This document shows positions 24,201 through 34,357 of a stretch of DNA of 39,811 bases, piece by piece. The notes under the pieces were generated by a model, which was given only the letters and a program-made list of their open reading frames with translations, made no database searches and was not told where the DNA came from. A program made the translations under genes and the position numbers. Within the stretch, counting starts at the first letter, position 1, and each line of letters opens with the position of its first letter. The stretch is from Streblomastix strix (Eukaryota), in the NCBI GenBank assembly GCA_008636045.1, contig SNRW01000026.1, forward strand, positions 1-39,811, written 5' to 3'.

Positions 24201-25766
24201 TATATTATATAAACGGAATCTAGTTAATGTTTCAACATCAGATAAATGCATAATGTGTGCTTTAATTCCATCATTAATGAATAAGATATTGAACTACTTG
24301 TCAGATCCCAATATTATATAATTTTATGTTAATTCATAGTGTGGTGAATCACTTTCATAGGTATACATGTGCACATTAACATATTCTTTATTGATGAAGT
24401 TATCGATATCATTAACGAAATCGAATCCTTTATAATTATCTCGAAACTCCACTCCATTTACTCTATTAAGTATATATTTAGCTTCTGCGATTCTTGAACT
24501 ATCTTTTTATCATTTATCCTTAGTATTAGGCATTGTGATGAACGAATATGCAGTCCAAAAACACATATTTACTTTACAATCAACATAATATATTTCTCTT
24601 CGTTTAATGCGTTGCTTTAATGATGGAATTGCTGCACCTGCTAAAGGATAGCGAAATGCAAAAAACATTATAGAGAATATTGATATTATCTTTTCATGTG
24701 TATCAGTGTTAGTTCTTTCTTATATACTTCCTACAACTATTCGAAAATATTATTTGTACTTGTTGATGTTATCCTATGATCTTATTTCCATTGGTGCTCT
24801 TCGTTCAGAATTTGCGCTAACTGGAAGAACATATTTGAACTATATTGTCTACTCTTATGCATTACCATTTACACGTTCAATTATCACTCCTAAATCAACA
24901 GCTAGCTTGAATATATTTCTTTTCTCTTTTCTATATGCTGCATCTAATAATTGATCAATATGTGCCAATGAAGTTAAATTATCATAGTATAATTTTGATG
25001 GTTTCTTTTAATTAACATCCGATTAATTATATGAATTAAACCATAAAGTTGATGTATCTTTATTGAATCGTGATAAAGCAAAATTCTTAATTTTATTGAA
25101 TTATTCCTCATTCTATGTATCACATAGCATAATCGCATCATTATCTGTATTTAGGTGATGATACACATATTTTTCATGAGTTCTAATGTAATAGCTAATT
25201 TCTTATTAGTCTGATTCGAATAGTATATCGATGTTCATATCTTAAGCATTATGAAATTCATCTAATAATTATGCTTATCTTGCTTATCTATCTTCCTACT
25301 ATTTTTTTCAATGTTCTTCTATCTCTTATGCTCATAATTAATGCTACTATTATCTATATCTTTCTGGATCGAATACACCTTCTTCATCTAATAATTCTGG
25401 ATCGAACTCTTCTCTTAATTATTTAATATCTTAATATCTATATTTTTATTAATTACTCCTATTCCATTTATATCTACTCTTCTCATGTTAATCGTTATTG
25501 TTCGCGTTAATTGAACCATTTTCGAATACGTTATTGAATAACAGTTGCTGCTTAGGTTTTTTCATAAATTATCTACGTGAAACTACTGCATTGATCGCTT
25601 ATTCAACAGCATTAACGTTATTACGTTAGCCATAGAATCCGATCTTTGTCAGTATAGAACTTAGCATTGATCTATTCATATTATTAATAGCATTTCTGTC
25701 TGTATTTGAATCGTATAATTAGAGTAATCGATTAACGCCTGCAATTGATATCTTTGTTCTAGTCAT
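21264..25766 (-). pseudogene. Protein-primed family B DNA polymerase (pPolB, ~1500 codons) with N-terminal vOTU-like region and internal HNH-like Zn finger, disrupted
   Basis: Exo I YITYDIETL, Exo II VIGFNSAKFD, KGRFPHEFIN, Exo III YNKLD. Pol motifs LDFHSQYP, KLILNLAFGGD, QEDTDSL, ALSPKNY. In-frame TGA TGA at about 23328-23333. 3' end approximate. Confidence 0.92.
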
Positions 25767-25807
25767 TTCGTTAATTCAAAAATAAATTATCATATGATTG
25801 TTCATTT

Positions 25808-26716
25808 TCAATCCAATTACATTGCTTCTTATTTTCTTGTAGCTTCGTTTATTGCTGCAGGTGCAACCTAATTATATAAACGATCAATTTCAGTTGCAAA
25901 TGCTTCTTCATCAGTGTTAACTTATGTATAATATGCCTATGCAATTCATTTCTTAAATACAGTTGCACCATATTTTAATATATCATTATTTTCCCAATTT
26001 TATTGGGGATCAATTTTCTATAAGATTTCTCTTACAACTTCTCTCCAAGTAACTTATGCAGCAGCCATATACTAGCCTCTTCCCCATTTTTCTATTTGAT
26101 TTGTTTCTCTAAATTCTTAAGCAATATCAGGAATATATGTAGCTAAGAAATGATTTATTGGAATTAATTATTAGAATTATTTCGTCTTATAAATACCATA
26201 TTTACGTTTTGCACCAACTGGAACAGCTAAGACTTGCATGAAATTGAAAAATTTATTATTTTTACGCTATCCTTTTGGTACACTAGCTATATATTATTCT
26301 CGATATTTATCATTTTTACTTTCATCTTTTGGAATATATCCTCCAATTGAATATAATTTTCCTTTATTGGTATAAATTGTTGCAAATTCAGATATTGGAC
26401 CTTCACCTTCTGGATCAACCATCCGCACTGTATACCCTTGCATGCCTTTTTTACCAAAAATGTATGCTTCACCTGAAGGAATAGTTCTCAATTCTTAATT
26501 ATATTTCATATCTTTATGCATGTTTTGTTTAACACTTAATATATCAATTAATGCTTATAGTTATTTTGCATTTAGTCCTGTTGTTTGTGTAGTACGACCA
26601 TCAACAAGCTTCTATTTTCTAGCATTTTTCTTGTTTTCTTATTCTTCGGACAAAGGTGTTTATTTTTTCTGCAAATATTGCGCAAATCTTGAGAGTTACG
26701 GTTATGTTTCAGCCAT
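25808..26716 (-). pseudogene. Hypothetical element protein (~300 aa), one in-frame TGA
   Basis: MAETQPQLSRFAQYLQKK...GYTVRMVDPEGEGPISEFATIYTNKGKLYSIGGYIPK...EAMQLD*. Intronless, directly upstream of pPolB. Confidence 0.65.
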
Positions 26717-26744
26717 GTTTTGGTTTTGGGTAAAAGTTGGTTAT

Positions 26745-27105
26745 CATATTTATTCTATTGCTTATTTGCTTTTTTAATCTATTGGTTACTCTCGTGATTA
26801 CTATTACATATGTTCCTAAATTGATTATTCAATTATTGATCTAATTGTTTAAAATGCTTACGACATATTTCCTTATTCAATTTAATCAGCTAAATTCCGA
26901 TATTTTTCTTAAATTTTTCGAAATACTTCAACTGTTTCGTTCAATATAATTAATTATTCTTATTCACTTTTACGACATTTATGTTTATGTTAATTGTATA
27001 TTAGTTCTTCTACTTTACGTAATTCATTAAAAAAATTATTACTATCGCTTGCAATTGTCCGAATATCTCTAATTTCATTGTTTATCTCTTCTGCACTCAA
27101 TTATT
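26745..27105 (-). pseudogene. Helical element protein fragment, start not found
   Basis: Open with TAR=Gln: LSAEEINNEIRDIRTIASDSNNFFNELRKVEELIY...IRSIIEQSIQEHMQQQSREQPIDQK. Confidence 0.4.
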
Positions 27106-27169
27106 AATAACAAAACGTTCATAAGCTATTGAATTAATTAATAACAAATAAGTGTCTTTAACTAGTTAT

Positions 27170-27904
27170 GTGGATCAATTGTTTAATAAATAGAAAACTA
27201 ATAAACATGAAGTATAATCTATCATTAATAAAGAGCTCAATTTCTCATATAATTCTATCAACTTACTTATAGGTTAACGAGGTAGCGTTAAATCATATAA
27301 CGTATTCAAAGAGCTAATCAAATTGAGTTAATTGTCAAATTAATATTATATGTTATTCATATATGTTACTGAAAGCAATAATGATATCATATATAAGAAA
27401 ATGAAAGATTTAATAACCATTCCAACAAAAACAGTACCATATGCAGAAGTGAATGAAGCATTAGATGAACTGATCGAATGTAAATAAACATATGATGAAA
27501 TAATTGAAAAGAAATTAGAGAAACAAATGAAAGAAGAATCGAAGAAGGATATATTATCTTACATAGGAGCAAAAGATTTTTCTATCAAATTTCCACATAC
27601 AATAGTGCTATTCGATGAAGCGATGAGTATATTCAAAAATAAGAACAATCCATTATATAAGAAGTTATTCAAAAATAAATAGCCAAGAATTACTTATTTC
27701 CTATGTTTGCAAGATATTATTGGGTTAGATGCTAGCATTAAATCAAAAGTTGACACTGTATATTTTTTCGGTGGATTCAATAAATAAAAATTCAATTTAT
27801 TCTTTTATCAATCATTACTACCTTTAGATAAAGAAACATTATGGAATGAATATGTATAATTAGGTATACGAGAAGTATTATTGGTATAATATAGTAATGA
27901 TTGA
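27170..27904 (+). pseudogene. A32/FtsK-HerA-like DNA packaging ATPase, degraded
   Basis: NLLIGQRGSVKSY (Walker A with G>V), HTIVLFDEA (Walker B), KNKQPRITYFLCLQ (A32-type R-finger/Q region, R>K). Start codon appears as GTG. Confidence 0.85.
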
Positions 27905-27925
27905 ACTATTGTTCGAGATATTTGA

Positions 27926-28330
27926 TCAATGAACGTATTCATCATCTTATTAGGAAATTGATTGTTACTATTATTCAAAAAAGCTTAGTAAAACCGTTAA
28001 TTTATTATTGATTTCTTTGATCGATTCTTATATATTAGTTAAATCATTTTATTCGGATGATTTATGTTTGAATTATTTTAATGCTATTTATTCATTCTAA
28101 CATGTGAAGATATATCTTTTTATTTTATATTATTTATTTAATCGAATCGTTGGCATCTTATCGATAGAGTCTTTGTTAGTTGCACAGTATTAATGGAACT
28201 CATCAGTTGTATCAAACATTATTGGTTATGCATTAGTTTTATTGATTATTTTTAGTTCAGGTAATGCTTAGATTATATCCTTAGATTTATTGTTCTTAAT
28301 TAGCTTACTATCAAATAACACTCGAGACAT
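27926..28330 (-). CDS. Conserved small Maverick-associated protein (134 aa)
   Basis: Intact frame MSRVLFDSKLIKNNK...MFDTTDEFHQYCATNKDSIDKMPTIRLNKQYKIK...EYVH*. Paralogue at 33909-34284. Confidence 0.7.
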
Positions 28331-28362
28331 TTCAATTTAACAAAAATAAAATAGCCGAGCTA

Positions 28363-28960
28363 TCAATGTGCTCTCGCTATACTAATAATAGCTTATATTT
28401 GATCAATTATTTAATCTAATTAGTCTTCTGGGAATTTGTAATGAGTCGACCATATTTTCATATCTTGTCTTGATTAAAGAGTTTCTTTAATTTTCTCATT
28501 AATTGTCATAGCTATTGGTAAATTATCAACAAATAATAATGATTCACGATGATATCGTTCTAATTTTGCAGGAAGTAAATCTTTTCTATTAATTCTTCTA
28601 ACTCGTATTGTTGTTTGATCTTCCTGTTATTCTTCATGTTATTTATCTTCATTAACCTGTTCAACTATCAATATATATGTTTTTTCTTTTCCATTTGGAA
28701 TAGATCTTGGAGCTAATTATCGAACTTATTAATTCAAATTAGTCATTCTATCCGATAATGTATCAGTAACTACATTAATGACGTTATGGAATTGATCTGC
28801 GATTGCCTATGTATTAGCAGCATCATGTTCTGCAATAGTTGTTTCGTTAATTTTATCCATAATATCAGCTACAATATCAAGATATTTGATAGATGTCTTC
28901 ATATAAATTATGTTATTTAATTTTTTATCTACGTATGTTCCTCTGACTTCAATAATAGAT
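28363..28960 (-). pseudogene. 5'-truncated KilA-N domain protein
   Basis: EVRGTYVDKKLNNIIYMKTSIKYLDIVADIMDKIN matches the KilA-N C-terminal GTY...L......W.S.KY...V..I pattern. Followed by LAPRSIPNGKEKTYILIV...DNLPIAMTIN. N-terminus missing, frameshift near the end. Confidence 0.7.
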
Positions 28961-29558
28961 CATAAATTGAAAGGAAAAATAAATTAAGAAGGCCTTAGAG
29001 CCCCAGAGCAAGCTGTGAAGATACTTTAAGAAACTAATAGAGAATAATTGCCATTTGAGGCTTTTACTGAAAAAGATGCCCTAAATTAGCGAATAGATGA
29101 ATAGTCAAATTAATAAATTATCGAACCAAATAGTAGTAAATTGATATAATTAAAATAAATATTTTTAGCAGCTAGTTAGAAGTGCGAATAGTTGAAAAAA
29201 AAGTAGATATATCCTAATTTATTTAAGAGTAAAAGTAACAAAACCAATTCAAAAATGGGATAGATATAGAAGTATAAGTATACAATGTTGAAGTAGCATA
29301 AGGATTAATACATGTATTTGGTTTTAATGGATTAGGAAAATAACCAATTTTCGCCTATTTTAATTAACATCGCTTTCCTGAAAGAAAATATAAATAGTAC
29401 GCTAATAAATATCAAACTATACTTCGTTAAGCGAAAATTAAATTAGATAAATAATCGTTGTTAATTATGCCTCGAAAAAAAATTATATATCAGAAAGATA
29501 ATTAAATAAAACATTAAATGCCCAAAAATAAATTCGAAAATAGAAATTTTCAATAAGT

Positions 29559-29852
29559 TCACTATTTTTAAGGTTAATTTTTATTTTTTCCGAATATTGT
29601 CATAATATTATTAATATCTCCTTATTCATGTATATGCTTGTTAAGCTATTTAGGCATATTTAACTACTTAGCTGTTGCATCTTTTCTAAAATATTTAACT
29701 TTATCTATATATCGTTATTTGAACTATTATCTTTATTTTTTAACCCGCTATTTAGCTTCCTCAGAAGTAAAATATTTTTTAGGTTTACCTTTAATTTTAA
29801 TCGGAACATTATCTTAAACTATTTCAATAATTACTTCGTTAATTTATTCCAT
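29559..29852 (-). CDS. Small basic protein, paralogue of 16288-16725 (97 aa)
   Basis: MEQINEVIIE...KIKGKPKKYFTSEEAKQRVKKQRQQFKQRY...; same position downstream of an integrase. Confidence 0.7.
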
Positions 29853-29876
29853 GGTTTGGTTTAAAAATAAAAAAGT

Positions 29877-30948
29877 TCATAAAAATTATTTTTTGTATTT
29901 ATCTTCTAATTAATCAAAGTCTCTAGATATAAATTTAATATAATAACTAGATACTTCAATTTCAGTTATATCCTTATTGGGCCTCAATAATTTGCAAACT
30001 ACATTACCATGATTGTATTTGATAAACGTAGCTAGCTCATTAAAGTTCCTATTCTTCATATCTAATTAATGATTTATTTTATCTAAATCTAATTGTACCA
30101 AAATAATGTTTCCCGTTATTAAATTTAATAGCTAATCTTTTCTTTATAAATTAATTTTTCTTTCTAATTCTTATAACTTTTGATGTATGTAGCTGCCTTC
30201 TAAATCTCGTGATTCATTTATTTATGTTGGTGTATATTTATTGTTGAAAGGACTGTGTTTTGAGTTATTATACTCGTCACCTGCTTATTATAATGCATGG
30301 TTAATTACTTATTAATTTATTAATTTATTCCTCATTGTTCTTATCACACTATCTACCACTCTATTTTTATTCATGAATAGGGATTTGTTATAAAATATCA
30401 TATATTATGTTTTGTTAATAGAGCCCTTATTTATTTACTTCCAAATGCCACTTCACCATCTGATCTAATATTTATAACATACTCGGATTATTTTACCTAC
30501 TCTAGAGCTGGGATTGATGATAGTGTTTCTTTTTTTTTTCGGATTGGATAAATAATAAGATACTTAGTGTTAACATTGATAAAAAATAAGAAAAATAATT
30601 ATTTGAAGAATCCTTTATCAATTTCCCATGAACTAAGTTATGGAGAAAAATAAGGACGCTAATATTTTGCTAGTGGCTTCAGTTTATAATCTTCAATTTT
30701 TTTCACAGTGCTAATATTGATGCTATTCTTATAATTAGTTCTTACACTAATATTTCTATTTTTTATGAATTTTTTGTATTATGTTGTTCGATATATTATT
30801 AATACCACTAATCTATACTTTTATCTTGAAGTTAATCTGTAGTATTTTTAATATGTGAATTAAATTAATAATTAATATTATTAAGAAATTCATTTATTAT
30901 TAATTTATTATTTAACCGATAAATCTTGTCAGTTATGAATTATTTCAT
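29877..30948 (-). pseudogene. Second Maverick rve integrase, disrupted
   Basis: RPYFSPQLSSWEIDK, FFINVNTKYL, NIRSDGEVAF, NKNRVVDSVIRTMR, YNNSKHSPF, RNFNELATFIKYNHGNVVCKLL. TGA stops and frameshifts. Confidence 0.85.
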
Positions 30949-30970
30949 TTTTTGAGGAAAATTTTTTTTA

Positions 30971-31539
30971 TTAAATTGGAATCTTAGATATACGTTTAAT
31001 TCTGATGTAATGAAGCTAATGACCCTTATTTTTAGTTTCAGCTGCATTTACAAATAGTGCACCATTTATTTTTTCATTAACATGTAATTATTTATTATAT
31101 GATCCATTGCACTTATAAAATTTTTTATCATTAGGAACTAAATATAAGACCTCAAATTTATATTTTCCATATTCAGTAATATTTATTTTATCTTCTTTTA
31201 ATGATTCAAAATATACTTATTCTATTTAAACTCTTTTAGGTTTTGTTCGATTTTACAATTCTCACTTGCAGATAGTCAGCGAAGATTAGTGAGCTAATTA
31301 TTGCTGCAGTCGTGGTTGATATGATCAACTTATTTAGTGTAATAATCAGTTAGAATATATTAAATAACTACTAATCATTGAATTCCATAAGTAGTTTTGT
31401 GCAATCCAACCAATTCATAGCTGCATTTTTCAGTTGAGATCATAGGCGCGAACTTATCAGAATTATGTTTAATTATTCATGGATATTCGGGCGTAATTTC
31501 ATAAGTAGGTTCAATGGAAAGATTGATAAATTACTACAT
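30971..31539 (-). pseudogene. HNH homing-endonuclease-like protein (HNH_3 type), disrupted
   Basis: MQQFINLSIEPTYEITPEYP*IIK...GIQ*LVVIQYI...QVDHINHDCSNNQLTNLR*LSASENCKNRT...EYGKYKFE...LHVNEKINGALFVNA. Three in-frame TGA. Confidence 0.8.
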
Positions 31540-31864
31540 ATATTAACTCGATAAAATGTAAAATAAAAAATAAAAAGGTAAATTGCACAAACATTTTTTT
31601 TAAAAAAAATTTAGGAAATTATTTGGTGGGCTAGTTTACATCAATTTAAGTATCTAATTTTAATTCATATATATTTCACCTTATATGAAAACATAAATTT
31701 TTTAGATAGTATTATCATTTATTAAAAATAATAATTTCATTTCTTTGATTTTTTCATTAATGTTTCAATATACATTTTAAATTCAACCTTATCTTTATCA
31801 TATCCGATAACATATAAGTTTCTTTTCCCATTATCGCTAATTATATTTTTGCTTCAAAAAAATC

Positions 31865-33572
31865 ATAAACCGCATTTTCAATAATGCTTTGCATTTTTAA
31901 CTACTCGAAAATATCGAAACAACATTTAAATGTAATTCTATTGACGCATTTAGAAATGATGTGGAACATCATTATTCAATCAAAGAAACTAAACCTGAAT
32001 CTTAAATGCCAGCATTATTCGATAAGGAAATTTTAATTAGCTTGTCTGACACTGATCATGATGTAACATAAATTTAGAATTCGTTCCTTTCAATAGTTCT
32101 AACTGCTAATGTACAGTTTGATAATAAATTTAAACAGTTTGAAAAATTTTATAAAGATGGAACTGTTTTATTTATTGGATTAAAATCAGCAAATCAAACA
32201 ATAAGGGAATATACTATTTAACGTAGAAGCAGAACTGTAGATGGAACTTTGTAGAATAATTCAACTACCGAATAATTTATCAATAACACTGTTAAACCAT
32301 GTAGTGAAAAAATAAATCGAAAACACATTCATTCAAAGTTCAAAAATATTTATAAATTTGATACATCAGCTTGTGGCACTTATGTTACAATAAGAGAGAT
32401 AGAAGAAGCTATTAAAGATTAGGTTTCTATTCTATACATTATGTCAATTAGATTTAGATTATCAATTCTATTAGATGATATCCTTGTATTTTGTAGATTT
32501 ACTAATTATCCTAATTCTTTATTCGGTGATCTTAAAATTAAGTTTAAAATTAATCCCAACGCATTCGAATTTGCATAAGTGAATCCAATTATCAGTATGG
32601 CTAAATATTATATTATGAATAAGAATGATACTATGGCTAGCGGACCTGTCAAATTTAAGAATATTGATCTACTCATTTAAATTAAAATTTGAGATATCAA
32701 TATACAAAATAATTTACTCAAATGTGTTGTGCTGTATATCTCATTATAAAAATATATATAGAATAAATAATAGATAGTGGATTGAAGAATTTGGTGGACA
32801 ACATTTCTCTAGTGACTTTAACAATAAAGAATTATGTTTTAACTGATGTAACAGCAAATATGAGTGGAAATAAAGTAAAAAATGAATGTTTATAAAGGGT
32901 TCGTGAATTCTATGCTAATAGACCATTTGTCGACCACTCATAGGGAGTTGAAGCATGGTAATTTCCAATAAGTGCTACTACAACATGAATAAGAACTTCA
33001 TAAAATATTTCATTATCGCATGTTACTGATTTGCGCCTGCTATTTCCTAAAGATGCTAGAGCAACAACTTGTTATGAGAATCTATGCTATCATAATATCT
33101 AAGTGACATTATGTGGATGAAATTTCAGTGACGTTCCGACAAATACACAAGATTAATAATTCTTCTAAATGTAAGTGATTGCAAATAACTTAGATCACAA
33201 ATTTGAAGCAACTGATGAATTCGAAGATGCTTTGACAACCTCAAGAAGCACTGCATCTTGAAAATTAAATCCTCATATAGATCAAACTTCATTTATTATT
33301 ACATTTTATTGCGAAAAAATAGTAATGGTGCATTGACTTTTGATGAATTAGATACAAATAATTTAAACTTATCAATTGAATTAAGAGCTTATCCAATTTA
33401 TCAAGGTAAAACAAATTATTATTTTTATTCTGATCTAATTGGTAAAAGACTATAATCACAAATTCTACTCACAATTCATGAAACGTTCTGGTTATTTCGA
33501 CCTGCTAATGGTGACTTATATGTTTATGATGTCACTAACACACTTGATGAATTAATAAGTTAGATTGAATGA
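31865..33572 (+). pseudogene. Probable major capsid protein (double jelly-roll, metamonad Maverick type), disrupted
   Basis: About 560-codon intronless beta-rich frame: ...VLFIGLKSANQTIREYTI...SACGTYVTI...YPNSLFGDLKIKF...HVTDLRLLFPKD...GALTFDELD...IHETFWLF. Start appears mutated (ATA), with TGA stops and two frameshifts. The MCP call rests on size, context and recalled similarity to Trichomonas/Streblomastix Maverick ORFs. Confidence 0.65.
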
Positions 33573-33908
33573 TGAATATGAATTCTATTTTAGAATATAA
33601 TATGTTCTCATAACCAAACAAAAAAAAAGTGAAATTCACAAAAAATTCAATTACATAAACAGATGGATTAATGAATTAATTTACATTACCTGTAGAATTT
33701 TTGACATCGAAAAATAATAGTTAATTAATATTTATATATTGTAGAACAAATAAAACTTTAAATGGATAAGATCTATATTTTTATGCTAAATTTGTGTTAA
33801 GAAAATAAATGAATAATTGATATGTAGGTTATTAAGATGAATAATATATAGAAAAATTTTTTCTTTAGTTAAATTAAGATTAAACATTATAAAGTTGTTT
33901 CAAATAAA

Positions 33909-34284
33909 ATGAATCGGGTAATATTTGACAATGAATAGATGAAAGTTAATAAAATCAATAATAATCTACAATAAATATAATTATTAGAGAAGTACTCACC
34001 TGAGTTAGTAACATTTGATATAGTTGATGAGTTCAAATAGGACCTTGTATTAAATAAGGAAATAATGGACTAAATGGCTACATAAAAATTAAATAAGACA
34101 TTTAAAAATCAAAGAGTATTGTATTATTAAACGAAAAGGTGTAATATCTTTGAGAAAGTGTCTCATAAGTAATGAAAAAATAGATACCACTCATGCTGAT
34201 TGTGTAAGTGTTGATGATTAAAAGGAAAAATTAATTAATATTTTAATTGATAAAGAAGTTATTTCAATTGATGATATCCCATGA
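33909..34284 (+). pseudogene. Paralogue of the conserved small Maverick protein at 27926-28330, frameshifted
   Basis: MNRVIFDNEQMKVNK...VTFDIVDEFKQDLVLNKEIMDQMATQKLNKTFK/IKEYCIIKRKGVISL... Confidence 0.7.
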
Positions 34285-34357
34285 TTTTAATATCTTAATT
34301 TTTGTACCATCATTATTGGATTATACTACTAATGCTTATCTCTTTGTAAATTATATA

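Larger units (their letters stand above)
10227..34330. mobile_element. Nested cluster of at least 3 decayed Maverick/Polinton-like endogenous viruses (metamonad type)
   Basis: Compact intronless genes for pPolB, rve integrase (x2), A32-like ATPase, probable MCP, PrimPol-helicase, KilA-N and HNH. AGTAGT-starting termini at 10228 and 11907. Duplicated gene pairs. Frequent frameshifts and TGA stops. Confidence 0.85.

Noticed and set aside
12435..33572. TGA recoded as Trp in the viral genes
   Set aside because: Some in-frame TGAs fall at expected Trp sites (HNH, PolB), but others replace Gly (helicase LQ*RQG, integrase ES*F) or Arg. TGG is used normally and frameshifts co-occur, so this is pseudogene decay.
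34322..34330. TATACTACT as the right terminus matching the AGTAGTATA left end at 10228
   Set aside because: The position is suggestive, but only 9 bp match, there is no further TIR similarity, and the flanks (CTAGATC vs AATGCT) give no TSD.
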